A stretch of DNA of 64,000 nt. Source: Strigamia acuminata. Lineage: Eukaryota. The notes beneath the pieces were generated by a model that saw only the letters and a program-made list of their open reading frames with translations, was not told the origin of the DNA and made no database searches. Below, piece by piece: positions 13,401-28,400 of this stretch. The DNA lies in contig OX442314.1 in NCBI GenBank assembly GCA_949358305.1, forward strand, positions 434,001 through 498,000. The letters run 5' to 3'. The position numbers and the translations under genes are program-made. Every line of letters begins with the position of its first letter. Position 1 is the stretch's first letter.

Positions 13401-16400
13401 TTGACATTGATGCATAAAAATGAGCAATTACCAACTCTCTCATTTCGGACATAAACTTTTGCAAAGTGTAGGACGAGGCGAGAATCTGCTTCCGGTAGTG
13501 ACAACGACTGTTCAAGTTGCGCCAACTCTCCTGAACGGCGGCAAACTTTGCCCGAATCGGCGCCGCCATCTCAACGTGCTTTTGGATCAAGCGCCGAGCC
13601 TCCGCGTCGTGTTCCTTTCAACAAAATCAATCAAAATCAAATCTAATACAATGTCATCAAATCAAATCATTTTTTCTAGGGTTTCTGATTTTCCGTCTTT
13701 TTTTAATTCACGCTTCCCGGTACCATTTTTCATAGCAAAAATGGCTGTTTTTCGTCGAAATAGCCCTTTTAACCATTTTTAGCCGTTTTTCTTCAAAAAC
13801 AGCTATTTTAGTCATTTTTCATCAAATGGCCGTTTTTCGTCAAAAATGGCTATTTCCAGCCATTTTTCATAGTAAAAATGTCTGTTTTTCATCAAAAATG
13901 GCCATTTTTAGCCATTTTTCATAGTAAAAATGGTCGTTTTTCGTCGAAATAGCCATTTTTAGCCATTTTTCATGGTAAAAATTGCCATTTTTAGCCGTTT
14001 TTCATCAAAAATGGCCATTTTAGTCTTTTTTCATGGTATAAATGGCTGTTTTTCGTCAAAAATGGCTATTTTCAGACATTTTTCATAGTAAAAATGGCCG
14101 TTTTTCGTCAAAAATGGCTATTTTCAGACATTTTTCATAGTAAATATGGCCGTTTTTCGTCACAAATGGCTATTTTCAGTCATTTTTCATAGCAAAAATG
14201 GCCTTTTTTTGTCGAAATAGCCGTTTTTAGTCATTCTTCATAGTAAAAATGACCATTTTTAGCCGTTTTTCTTCAAAAACGGCCATTTTAGTCATTTTTC
14301 ATGGTAAAAATGGCTGTTTTTCGTCAAAAATGGCTATTTTCAAACATTTTTCATAGTAAAAATAACCGTTTTTCGTCAAAAATGGCTATTTTCAGACATT
14401 TTTCATAGTAAAAATGGCCGTTTTTCGTCACAAATGGCTATTTCCAGCCATTTTTCATAGTAAAATTAACCGTTTTTCGTCAAAAATGCCCATTTTCATC
14501 ATTGAAATGGTAAAAAACGTAACGCCTCAATGAGGAAAATGACGTTTCAGCAACGTTTTGACTATTTTGGATGGAACCGGTTATTTTTTTCAAATTTCCC
14601 GGTTCCCGGTACCAACACCCTAATATTTTTTTTTATCAAATTTCAAATTCCAAAGCGCACTTTGAGTTTATTCTCGATGGCCGTCATGTCTCTCTCGATC
14701 GCGTCCTGTTTCCTCTGCAAAACATCGACCGTGGTCAAATCCTTGCCGTAATCGTCGCCGTTCATCGCCAACGCCTTCTCGTTAATCCGATGCTTCGTGT
14801 CGTCCACGTCCCGATCGAACGCGTGCACCTCCAGCGCGGCCGCCAAACGCTCCCTGTAGTCATGCAGCGCGCCCTGCAACGCCTTCCACTTGTGCGTGAG
14901 CTCGTCCTTGCGCAGCCGGATCGCCTGCGTGTTGTGACTGCACAGGCAGAGCAGTTTGTCGGCCAGGCTGTTCAAGTCGCGGATGCGCGTCTCGTCCACT
15001 TGCATGTCCGAGTCGACGTCGTTGAGTTTGCGCTGCAGGGCCGAGCAGTGCTCGTAGTCGCGGCCGCAGTCGCCCACTTGGATCATGAGCTCCTTGTCGC
15101 GGACCCACGCCTCGATTTTCTCCACTTGGATGTTGAACTTGAGGATGTCGTGCGCTTCTTCGAGGCCCCGCGCGTACTCGTTCGATTCCGACAGGAGGCG
15201 CGTCCATTTCTCGAGCACGTGTTGCAGTTGCTGGCGGATTTCGCTCGACTCTTTGTGGCGTTTGGCGATTAAGGCGGACGCTTTTTGTTTGAGGGTTTCG
15301 ATGCGGGTTTCGTGGGCGGCCAGTTCGGATTGGAACGCCTGGTGCTTCTGGAGGCGTTTGATTTTCTCCTCGAGGTCGATCGGGTCCACGTTTTCCACCT
15401 CCGAGTCCATTTTCTTCTGTTTTTCTTCCACCCACGACTCCGCCTGAAAAGTTACGACATTTTGTTTTATTTTTATTTTATTTTTTTATTTGTTTTTATT
15501 TATTTATTTTTTGGTCTCACTTCGGTGATGTCGCGTTCGAATTCGGTGTAGAGTAGCGCGTCCGAGAGTTTTTGCTTTTCGGCGCTGCACAGTTCAAATA
15601 CTTTCTTTCGTCTGTTGGTCACTTGGTCCAAGCGTTTTCGGATGTTGGCCGAGTCGAAGTGGTTTTGTTCGATTAATTTGCTTGCATGGCTTTGCAAAGC
15701 AATCAACTGCAGATCGGATCGAGAAATAAGAAATAAATTGACAAATGCTAAAAATGATGCTAAAACTGCTCTATTTTTGGCATTTTGATGCTAAAACTGC
15801 TTCATTTTTGGCATTTTAATGCTAAAAATGCTAATGATGCTAGAATGCTAAAAATGATGCTAAAATGCTAATAATGTTGCTAAAATGCTAATAATGTTGC
15901 TAAAATGCTAAAAATGATGCTAAAAATGCTAATAACGTTGCTCGAAATGCTAATAACGTTGCTAAAATGCTAATAATGTTGCTAAAATGCTAATAATGTT
16001 GCTAAAATGATAAAAATGATGCTAAAAATGCTAATAACGTTGCTCGAAATGCTAATAACGTTGCTAAAATGCTAATAATGTTGCTAAAATGCTAATAATG
16101 TTGCTAATATGCTAATAATGTTGCTAAAACGCTTACAATGTTGCTAAAATGCTAAAAATGATGCTAAAACTGGTTCATTTTTGGCATTTTGATGCTAAAA
16201 CTGCTTCATTTTTGGCATTTTGATGCTAAAACTGCTTCATTTTTGGCATTTTGATGCTAAAAATCTGCATTTTTGTCAATTTTGATGCTAAAAATGGTTC
16301 ATTTTGCTTGGCCACCGATCAAATACCTTTTCTTCTTGGGTGACGAGTAGTTTTTCAAAAGCGTCGTGTTTCCGAAGCAAACTCTCCACCTGTTCGACTG

Positions 16401-19400
16401 AATTTCCGTAGTCGACATTGGTCAAAAAAGCCTTAAAAAATTGCAAAAAGTAAACAATTTATCCGAAACCAATCGAACAACTCACTTCCTGGATGCCACT
16501 GATACTGTCCAATTGCTTAGCATCGCGAAGAAAGAACTGCAAGTCGATCAACTGATCCAAATACACCTTTTTGTGCTGCCACGTCGCGTGCAAAGTTTGT
16601 CTCGTCTCCAATAACTGCTGCAGTTTTTCACGGATCTAAAAAACATTCAATTTTAAGAAAATTAAATCATTTTTTTATCTCCTATTTTTAATTACGTCTT
16701 CTTTAGCGTAATGGATCATGTATTCCCCGTTGCGAACCACGGCCGTGAACGACTCCTCTCTGGCTTCGATTTCCGCTTTGAGTCGATCGTGATCAGTTCG
16801 CAGCATTTGGGCACTGGCCGCATCGCGAACCTTCTCCTCCGTCCTCATGGCTACTTGCAAATTATTCGCCCAACTGGTCAGATCGCGAACCTAAGACAAA
16901 TTTATCGCCAATCAAACACCATACGCTACAATAGTACATTTTTTAACTCGAAAAAATGCATTTTTTTGACCAAGACTGCATCCAAAATGTGAAAAACAAA
17001 CCTTTAAGGCCAAAATTTGTCTTTTTTGCTCAAAAAAATGCATCCAAAATGTGAAAAATAGTTTTAAAACGCAAATGTTGAACAGGAGTCAAGAACCCAG
17101 GTTTGTGAGTCGCGATCTGTCGCCTCACGGCCAAGAGAGGACCATGGGACGACTGGACACCATTCACGATTACGAACAACACAGAAAACAGTTTGGATTG
17201 ATTATCTTTATTGTGGTTGTCTAAGGATTGTGCGTTCACCGTGTTATCGCCTAGGTCGCTGGGTTGCCTTGCAGCAACCCAGCCCAGTCCAACCGCTGAC
17301 CATGTGGTCAGTGACCACATAGGCAGCGTGGTCGGATTGCATTTGCCTGGCGTGCATTGCAGCACGACCAACGAGTCGCCTCAAGTCATTTCGGACGTAA
17401 AAGCGATCACGCCTCTCATTGCGACCAAAGCGCCAACGTCTCCTTCGTCGTAGAGTTATCACAACCAGTCAGCACGGGACTGAAGATCGGACTGTCTCTC
17501 AAATGCCGGTCAAGCAACAAAGAGACCTTGCGTAATCCTCTGTCCTGATTGGTCACAATCAGGACGCAGCTTTAACGGCAGCAGCCAGTTGGTCACAGGT
17601 TATTCTGTATCCATAAGATTAGTTAGTACTCAGTTTTCTGTCTTGTGTTTCTTTATTTTTGCAGGGGCTAGGCTTGAAATAGGCATAACCATTGCTATGT
17701 AGGCCTATTAGAGTTATTAACTGCAAGCAGCTAACTGTTTAAACATTTTGGAGGTTGTAAAAGCAGTTGTAGACTGCTAAAGTCTCTCTTTAGCTTAAGT
17801 ATAAGGGGATAGGACAATACCGAAGCCAGAAAACGATGGCAATCGCAGGCATTCTTCAAATCTTCCTTGCGCTGAGCAGCCCGATCGCGAAGCGAATTCC
17901 AATGGTCGAGCATGTAGTTCTGCTGCATGAGGATGTGGTCGGCGTTGCCGCCCGGATACGCCACTTGCAATCTCGCGCTGTCGTCGATCAGAACTTGCAA
18001 CTGCGAAAAAATTAAATAATTTTTTTAATTTTTTTATATTGTCAAATCTGACAGTATTTCTCAATTCAAATAGTGAGATCTAAAGTTCTAGTAGCAAATG
18101 TGAATTTGAAAAGTTAATATTTTTTACAAATTTTAAATATATTTTGTCGTCACCTGGACTTCGAGCGCGACCAAATCGTTCTCGAAGCCCTCGTGTTTGC
18201 GCAACAAGCCGAGACACGAGTTGAGATCGCGTCCCAGGTCGTCGGAAATGCTCGAATATTTCTCCTGCATGCGCTGCACGGCGTCCGCCACGTCGCGGTT
18301 GAAGCGGTGGATCTCGGCGGCCGCGTGCAGCTTCTGTTCGCGCGTGTTGATGGCCTCGAGAAGGCACTGCCACGAGCGGGCGATGTCGTCGCGTTTGGTC
18401 TCGATCTGGTCGAAACGGTCGTTGGCCGACAGCCTGCTGGCCATTTCGATGCACTGCTCGTATTGGTCGGCGGCGGTCGAGACGCGGTGCTTGAAGTCTT
18501 GGAATTTGCTGCGGAGCACGAGGAGGTGCTCGTAGTCTTGTCCGAATTCCTCGCTCGCGGCGATTTGGATTTGTTCTTCGATCCAGGTTTCGAGGTTGTC
18601 GCATTCGGCGAAGTATTCGTGACGGTGCTTGGATTCGACCAGTTTTTGGCGACGCAAACTAGTGCTTCGCTGCAGGTTTTTCATCTGTTGCTCGATTAAT
18701 TCCTGCAAAATTAGATTATTCTCTTGAATTTCTTAAGAGACATCGACAAATTTTGTTACTAATCTAAAATCTCCGAAAGTTCTTTACCGATTGCTTTGAA
18801 ATTTTGACACAGCGTTGCATTCGAATAGGCGCGTGTTTTTATATGGTTTTTATAAGGAGTCACACCTGTGACAGGTAAAAAGATGCTTTTTTTGGAAAAA
18901 TAGCGCCATCTATTGGGCAGTAAATGCAAAAAACGCTATACTAAATATTTGAAAAACAGCGCCATCTGTTGGACGTGAAAGCAACACACGATTCCACGGG
19001 ATTTATTTCCACGAGATTTCTACAGGATTTATTTCCACGGGATTTATTCCCACAAGAGATTTATTTGCACGGGATTTCCACAGGATTTCCACGGGATATA
19101 TTTCCACGAGATTTATTTCCAAGGGATTTCCAAAAGATTTCCACGGGATATATTTCCATGGAATTTTTTACCACGGGATTTCGACGAGATTTATTTCCAC
19201 GAAATTTCTACGGGATTTCCAAGAGATTTCCACGAGATTTATTTCCACGAGATTTATTTCCACGGGATTTATTTCCACGGGATTTATTTCCACAAGATTT
19301 ATTTATGAGCCACAGCTAGTTTGAAATATTTCTCATCAATTCCGACACAATTTTGTTTTAAAAAAGCGCAATTTCAAATCGTTCGACAGTCCTATTTTTG

Positions 19401-22400
19401 AAGAGACCTTTTCAACCTTCCTACCTGCTTTCCCCAAATGATTTTCGCCTCGGGGTGTTTGCTTTCCACCATGAGCTTCGCCTGACATCCCATCTCAGCA
19501 ATAAGCCCGCTGTAAGAATCGATCTCCAACTCCAACGTCTTGTGTTTCGTGAGCAACTTGACCGCCGCATCCGCGTCGCGACCGCAATCCTGACTCGAGA
19601 GCAAACAATTTTTATCGTTCATCCAACACTCCACTTCGTTCACCTCCGAATAAAACTACAAAATTAAAAACACAAAAATTAATTTAAAACAATTCTTAGG
19701 AAATGAATAAAAAGAGACAAAAACCTGTTGCGCTTTGTGCGACAAATCGAGTCGGCTTTTCCTGTCCGCTGCCAGGCCCATCAACTCGCTCCACGCGTCC
19801 CTCAACTGCCGACATTTGTCCTCAACGATGGGAAACTCCATCAAACTGTCGCCGATCGCCAGCGTCTTATTCACGGTCAGTTCGTGCGCTGCCAATTCCC
19901 GCTCGAATTTCTGTTGATTATAAATGCAAAATTAATCTACGGAATGAGAGAGATGAATAAAATGGGGAGATTAAATCGATTACCGAATGTCTTTTACAAA
20001 ACTTTTGCGCTTCGATCAAATTGACGCCGAGATCGAGAGAAGTGGCGGTCGGAATGCGATCGCCGATCCATTGCAACTCGCCGTCTACTTCGAAAATGAA
20101 TTCGTGCAAGCGCAGCGAGTTCTCCAGTTGTTGTCTCCGATGCACCGACGGTGCCTTCAACTGCTCAAACCTGAAACATTTAAATTGAAAATTAAAAAAA
20201 ATAAATAATTTTTGATGAGTTTTAATTAATTTTTGAGCAATTTCTGACGAATTTTGAGCAATTTCTGACAAATTTTGTGCAATTTTTGACAAATTTTGAG
20301 CAATTTTTGTCAAATTTTGAGCAATTTTGTCAAATTTTGAGCTTTTTGATAAATTTTGAGCAATTTTTTACAAATTTTGAGCAATTTCTGACAAATTTTA
20401 AGCAATTTCTGACAAATTTTACCAAATTTCTCACAAATATCGACAAATTTTGATAATTCCGACAAATTTTGAGCAATTTTCGATAAATTGTGAGCATTTT
20501 TCGATAAATTGAGAAATTTTTGTCAAATTTTGAGCAATTTTTGACAAATTTTGAGCAATTTTTGACAAATTTTGAGCAATTTTTGACAAATTTTGAGCAT
20601 TTTTTGACAAATTTCGTCAAATTTCTGACAAATTTCGTCAAATTTCTGACAAATTTCGTCAAATTTCTGACAAATTTCGTCAAATTTCTGACAAATTTCG
20701 TCAAATTTCTGACAAATTTCGTCAAATTTCTGACAAATTTCGTCAAATTTCTGACAAATTTCGTCAAATTTCTGACAAATTTCGTCAAATTTCTGACAAA
20801 TTTCGTCAAATTTCTGACAAATTTCGTCAAATTTCTGACAAATTTCGTCAAATTTCTGACAAATTTCGTCAAATTTCTGACAAATTTCGTCAAATTTCTG
20901 ACAAATTTCGTCAAATTTCTGACAAATTTCGTCAAATTTCTGACAAATTTCGTCAAATTTCTGACAAATTTCGTCAAATTTCTGACAAATTTCGTCAAAT
21001 TTCTGACAAATTTCGTCAAATTTCTGACAAATTTCGTCAAATTTCTGACAAATTTCGTCAAATTTCTGACAAATTTCGTCAAATTTCTGACAAATTTCGT
21101 CAAATTTCTGACAAATTTCGTCAAATTTCTGACAAATTTCGTCAAATTTCTGACAAATTTCGTCAAATTTCGTCAAATTTCTGACAAATTTCGACAAATT
21201 TTGATAATCCCAACCTCTGTTTGAGGCTGTTTGTCTCGTGAAGAATGGCAGGGGCATCGAAGTGTCCGTTTTTGGCCATATCTTCGCCGAGACGCACTAC
21301 GTCGTGTATTTTAGCGTCCCACAAGCTGGCGTCGTTCTCCAACGCTTGGTGCTTCTTGATGAGATACTTGACCGTGCGCAAATCCTCGCCGACCTGCGTC
21401 GATCCAAGACTGCTTTCGAACTCGTCCAGTTTGAGTTTGGCGTCGTCCAGCGTCTTGTTGTACGTGTGCTGCGCCACTGCCTGCCGTAGTTTGCGTCCCT
21501 TGTCGTTCATGCGCAGCCACAACGCGTCCCATTCGCTCCGCAGCGCGTCCAAAATGTCGCCGATCTCTTTCGAGCGGTAATGGCCGTTGGCGACCAGCGC
21601 TTGACCGGTCTGTCGTTACAAAAATTACAAAAATTACAAAAATTATAAAAATTATAAAAATTACAAAAATTACAAAAATTACAAAAATTACAAAAATTAT
21701 AAAAATTACAAAAATTATAAAAATTATAAAAATTATAAAAATATAAAAATTATAAAAATTACAAAAATTACAAAAATTACAAAAATTATAAAAATTATAA
21801 AAATATAAAAATTGTAAAAATTATAAAAATATAAAAATTATAAAAATTGTTTTCAAATTTCTTTAATCGTGTTTTAGATCTCACTCTGTTGATGTCCGCC
21901 AGTCGTCGCTCGTTGGCTTTCAATTCGCCCTCCAACGCTTCGTGTTTTTTCAGCTTGCTTTGGACCAAGTCGTGAAACGACTCGTCGGACGCGAGTTTCA
22001 GCTTGTCGTGGATCCAACACATCAACTGGAGGGAAAAAGTTTGGAGAATCGAGTTTGTTTATTTGTTTGGTTGGTTAATACCTCGTCTGCGTCGGCTCTG
22101 AATTCGTAGAAGTAGCGAGAAGTGAGCAACATGGATTTGCGCTCGGCCGCCGAGTCCCATACTGCACGCCGCCTTTCGATCACTCGTCCGTGACGCTCTT
22201 TTATGCTGTCAGTTAAAACAAAAAGCTCATTTTTTTTCCACTTGTTTCTATCGAAAACGGTTTGCCATAAATTTGCCTTTTATTTCAGCAAAAAATGCAA
22301 TTTTTCTGTTTAAAATAGCAATTTTTCTGTTTAAAATAGCAATTTTTCTGTTTAAAATAGCAATTTTTCTGTTTAAAATAGCAATTTTTCTGTTTAAAAT

Positions 22401-25400
22401 AGCAATTTTTCGGTTCAAAAGAGCAATTTTTCGATTTAAAATAGCAATTTTCCGGATTTTTCGGTTTAAAATAGCAATTTTCCGAATTTTTCGGTTTAAA
22501 ATAGCAATTTTTCGGTTTAAAATAGCAATTTTCCGAATTTTTCGGTTTAAAATAGCAATTTTTCGGTTTAAAATAGCAATTTTTCGGTTTAAAATAGCAA
22601 ATTTAAAACTGCACATTTTTTACATTTCAAATGTTTTTTCGGTTCAAAAAATGCTTAAATCTGCATTGTTTGATGCTTAAAAAACTTATTTTTATCTAGA
22701 AATGCACTTTTTCATCTAGAAATGCACTTTTTTTATCTAAAAATGCACTTTTTCATAAAAAAATTGCACTTTAGAGCACAAAACCGAATTATTTGGCTAA
22801 AAAAAAACAAGCAAAAAGCCGAACAACACAACTGCAACAAACATACTATTCGCTTCCGTAATGCGGAATGGCCAGCAACTGATTAGCGAAATCCGTAAAA
22901 CTCTTCAACTTGTCGTCCTGCGCAACCAACGTTTTCTCAAAATCCTCGTGTCGCTTCAGCAAAGCGTACAAACCGTCCGCAGAATTCTAAACAAAAAAAA
23001 AAAATAATAATTCACCAAATATTTTTAAATCAAGTCGTGCGGCCAAACCCCGAGATCGCGGTCCTGGAGAAACGTCTCGTGACTGTTGGTGAGCGCGTCG
23101 ATCTGGTCGCCCTCTCGGTTCAACACCTGCAACTTGAGTCCCTGCTGCAGCCGCTCCAGTCCGCGCTGCCAGTTCTGCACGAGCGCCGCGTGCTCCGCTT
23201 GCAGTTGCTTGGCGCGATCCTCGATGCCCGTGTCGTGCTCGTTCGGTTGGTTTTTAACCAGCTTGTTGCCCAGTTTCGTCACTTCTCGAAACTCGTCGTC
23301 GTGCGCGCGCATTTCCGTCTCGAGGTCGCGGTGCTTCTTCAACACGTTCTCCGCCGTCGTCACGTCTTTGGCCGTTTCCGCCGTGTTGATGGCGACGTTC
23401 ATTTCGTTAATCCAGCGCATCTAAGAGTTAATTAGCTCATTTATTAGTCAACTTCAGTTGTAAAATGGGTCATTATGGCGGAAATTACATTTTTTGTGCC
23501 AAACCAATGCGTTTTCAAGCATAAAATGATGCTTTTAGGCCTAAAAATGTAGTTTTTGGCCTAAAAATGCAGTTTTATGGCCTAAAAATGCAGTTTTATG
23601 GCCTAAAAATGCAGTTTTATGGCCTAAAAATGCAGTTTTAGGGCCTAAAAATGCAGTTTTAGGGCCTAAAAATGCAGTTTTAGGGCCTAAAAATGCAGTT
23701 TTAGGGCCTAAAAATATATTTATTCCAGCTTTTTTGAGTTAAAACAGATTTGTGTGTCATAAAAGTATGCTTTTGGGCCTAAAATGCAGTTTTATGGCCT
23801 AAAATGTAGTTTTATGGCCTAAAAATACAATTTTATGGCCTAAAAATGTATTTTCTTCTAGCTTTTTTGAGTTAAAAACAGATTTGCGTGGCTGAAAATT
23901 ACATTTTGAGTCAAAATATTTCATTCTTTGGGTCTAAAAATGTATTTTTGCGCCTAATCAATGCATTTTTTTCAATAAAATTGTGCATAAAATTTAATTT
24001 TGTGGCTTGTAAATGCTTTTTAGGGATTAAAAGAATATTCGTGTGTCTGAAAAATACAATTTGGGCTTAAGTAATGAATTTTTGAGTCTAAAAACAAATT
24101 ATTGTGCCTAGAATTACATTTTTGGGAGCTAAAAAGCCAAAATTCCTACCAAATTTTGAGTGGAACTATTAAAAATTTGCTCTCCCACAGCTTCTTCGAG
24201 TCGCTGGCGTCGATTGGCGGCTTGCTCCTTCACTCGGTTCCACAGAACGTTCAGTTCGTTCTGCCTCTTGTTCACGTATTGCTGTTCATTCGGGTAAGAC
24301 GTTTTCACCGAGTTGCCCAAAAGACTAACGCGATTATATTTCTCCTCCACCGGCGCCAATTCCCTTTCGATATTCTTGAGAAAAAAAAAGAAAAAAAAAA
24401 TATTTTTAAATTATTATAAAAAAAATTATTATAAATTATTATAAAAAAAAATTATTATAAATTTTTTAGATCTTTCTTCAAAATTCAACCTCGTGTTTCC
24501 TCTGCAACGCTTGGACGGTTTTGAGATCCTTGCCAAGATCGACGTTGTCGAGTTTTTCGATCTTCTCCAGCATCCAATCGCGAACTTCGTCGCACGTGCG
24601 GTCGAACAATTCGACGCTGACGGCGCCCTGCAAACTCTTTTCCTTTTTCCGCTTCAGTTCGTTGAGTTTGTCCCACGTTTCGTGAATGTCTCTTTGCCGA
24701 TGTCGTATTTCGTCCGTCTCCGACTTTCGTTTCGACTTGTCCACGTTGCTGCTCAATTCCTTCGCCGCCGAATCGATCGAATCGACCCGAAAACTGCTGC
24801 TCGACAAATCGGTGAGCAGAGTCTGAAAAACGAATTTTTAAATTTTAAATTTAAAAAAAAAAAAAATTTGATCGCAAATCTCGCAAGTTTACTTCGAATT
24901 TTCGTTTCATTTGGTCGACCGTGTCGCTTTTATCGTCGGTCAACAGCATTTTCTCCTGAAAACGTACAAATTAGTCGGAGGTAATATACCGAGCGCGACG
25001 TGTAATCGACGGGATAACCTAATCCCGACAATTACTCAAGCGCGAGGTGTATTATATACGAGAATCTACCGATAGAAAATAATGTAGATAGTGAAAATGA
25101 GAATTTATTATGCGAAAAGTGAAGAGACGTAACATTGGTTCGTAAAAGTCGCACCGGGTGGCGCCGGTAGCAAGAGAACAAAATTTTCGCGATAAGAACC
25201 AATGAGACGTCAAAAGCGGTTTGTTACGCGCGTTGGGATTGGTCGGGAGAACGATTGTTGTTTTGTTAGGCCTAATCTCATTCGTGGTTATTTATAGACA
25301 TAGCTAGTGGTAGATTCTCAAATAAATTCAATTAAGTCGACAAATCATGGCCGAATTCTCACTTTGTCCGCCATCCACGCTTTGAAATCGTCGCATTCGC

Positions 25401-28400
25401 GGTAAAAGCGAAATAATTTAATCGCGGCTTCCAAACTGCAGCGCCTCGTCTGCAAACAGTCTATCAAATCATTTTGTAAACACAGAAAACGCTTACAGTT
25501 TTTTATACCTCGCAAAAGTCCAACAACTGCGCGTGCGCTCTGTTTATCGCATCCTGGCGGTGCCGGACGTTCTCGACCGCCTCTTTCTTCCCTGTCAATT
25601 CAAAAACAACAATTATTAATTTTCGGGCCCTTGGGGGTCGCATTTATGTGCATTTATGTGCATTTATCTGCATTTCTCTCACCCGGCGATGGCGGCGCGG
25701 CGGTTTTCATCACAACCTTCTTGACTTTCTGGATTTCTGGAACTTTGACGACTTTTTGTACTTTGCGCTTGACGACTTTGGGCTCGAACGTTTGCACATA
25801 ATTTGCGGGCACGAATCCGTCACAGTTTGTGCTTTTGCGAACGTTCCACCAGTCGGAATTTGTTTTGTTCAATAAAATCAGAATCTGGAATGCCGGGAAA
25901 CGAATAAGTTTGTGTGATTAAGCGGTGTTGATGGGTTAGTTGAACCTCTCCTTTGAGAATCTGAATTCCTTCGCCTTTGAAAGGAAATATTGCGCGGACT
26001 TGGGGGATCGTGCGCTCTTCGATTACTTCCTTCAACACGTCGCGCTCGACAACACGTTCCACGTCTATTTCGTGGGGGACGACTATTTCTTCACTTCTGT
26101 TCTGATCCACCAACTAAAAATGAAGAAAAATCAATATTTTTGCACGTTGATATCAGTGACTTTGTCAATTCAGTGCATTTTTGTGCTAAAACACACATTT
26201 TTCGGCTAAAAAACACATTTTTCGGCTAAAAAACACATTTTTCGGCTAAAAAACACATTTTTCGGCTAAAAAACACATTTTTCGTCAATTTCGCACAACG
26301 TTTTATTGCTTACATCCAATGAACCAAGCCCCAAGTTCGTAAGTTTATTCGCTTGTTCATCCAAACGACGCAAATCGCCTTCGTAAGCCTCGATCTCGCT
26401 CTCCAAGTACCCTTGGCGTTGCAGCAAAGCCTAAACTCAAATAAAAACACGAATAAACCAAACGAATAATTAAAAAAGTTGATTTATCTCTATTTAATCA
26501 CTTGTGCGCTCGGTTCGTCCTTGCCGTAGTCTTTGCTGCTGACCAACGGAAGTTTCTCCTTCATCCACGAATCCGCTTCGTTCGCATCGGCGTAATACTG
26601 TCGCAAAATGACAAATTAATGATACAGACCCCGGATATTTATGCAAAATAAAATTCGTTTTATGCAAAACAGAAATAAAAATATGCAAAATAAAAAAATT
26701 TATTCGAAAAAAAGACACAAATCGCCGTTTTTTCCCCGAAAAATGACGATTTACGCATTTATTTCTGATTTTCGGAAAATATGAATTTGACCTTGAAGGT
26801 CATTTTCAAGGTCATTCACTTGCTAACTTCTAAACCAATCAGGTTAGAGCAAAATTTCCAATCAGAAAGTTGTAGAGCACCATCAAATTAGTACTATCCA
26901 ATTTATTTTAGTCATCTTAAGTTAAATGTTTTCGTTTTAAATTACTTGGCAAACGTCTGTGGCGTCTTCCAGCTTGCGTTTTCTCTCGTCGGCGAGCTGC
27001 AACAGTTGTTTGAGCTTGGTCTGCAAACTGACGATGCGGCTGCCGATCTCCTTGGACTGTTTGTGCGACTGCGCGATTAAATAGTCGCCCATCTGACACA
27101 ACTGCTCGCATTTCGAGAAACGCGCCTTCATTTCGTCCTGCAACGCCGTGTGCTTCCGATTCAGCCGCAACACTGCGGCCAAATCGCGCCCGACGATCCG
27201 CGCGCTGCAAATACGTCGCTTCTCGGCGATCCAAGTCTCTTCCTCCTCGCCGTCGTGGATGAACTGAAGGAAAATGCGCGACTCCTCCAACCGGCTGCGA
27301 CGCAACGAGCTCGATTTTTCCAACCTGGATGGAAAGAATCGTTAAAATTGAAGGAAAAGTGTCGGAAAAGTGTAAATTGGACCGTTCGTATTGCTGGTGG
27401 AGTTGTTGGAGATGGTTTTTGAGTATTTGTGCCTGGTTGTGGTCTTCGTTGATGAAGGGTTCGGCTTGCCGCCGCAGTCGCGCGATCGCTTCGCCCTGGA
27501 TGACGATCTGGGATTCGAGCAAGCTGTGTTTTTCGAGGAGGTCTTCGACCGCCAGCGAATGTTTTCCGTAGTCCTGCGACGAAAATTTCTCCTAGAAAAG
27601 AATTGATTCGATTTTGTGGGATGTTTGTTGTTTTTTTTTTGTTTTTTTTTAATTTACTTCCATGGATTTGATGTAAAGAGAAACGGTGTCCATGTCGCGA
27701 ATCAGGTACATCAAGTTGTTGTGTTTGTTGAGCGCCATTTTGTGGTTTTCGAGCAAAGCGAGCAGTTGGTCCCACTTGTCGATAACTTGGTTCTCTCTGG
27801 TTTTAATCGCTTGGCTTTTGTGGTAATTCTCTTTGATTAGTTCGGCTGCCATGTCGCTTAAATCGCGGAACCTCTCGGTCTGGAAAATACAAAGATTAAA
27901 ATTAATATTCTAAAATTTTATTTTTAGTAAAACTTCAAATTGGCGCCGGGGTCTATTTAAACGCCCGGGTGGTGATTTAGCGATTTAGCGATTTAGCGCC
28001 TGGCCCAATTTAAGTGCTAAAAATCACCAAAAATCACCAAAAATCACCAAAAATCCCAAAAATCACCGATTTTTTCCCCAAGATCACCGATTTTTTCCAC
28101 AAAATCACCGATTTTTTCCCCAAAATCACCGATTTTTTCCCCAAAATCACCGATTTTTTCCCCAAAATCACCGATTTTTTCCCCAAAATCACCGATCTTA
28201 TCCCCAAAATCACCGATCTTATCCCCAAAATTACCAATTTTTTCCCCGTAAATCACCGATTTTTTCCCCGTAAATTACCGATTTTTTCCCCGTAAATTAC
28301 CGATTTTTTCCCCGTAAATCACCGATTTTATATTTTTAAAATCGGCGATTTTTTTAAACATCAGCCCAATTTCAAATAAGCGCCGGGGCCTAAAAATTAA

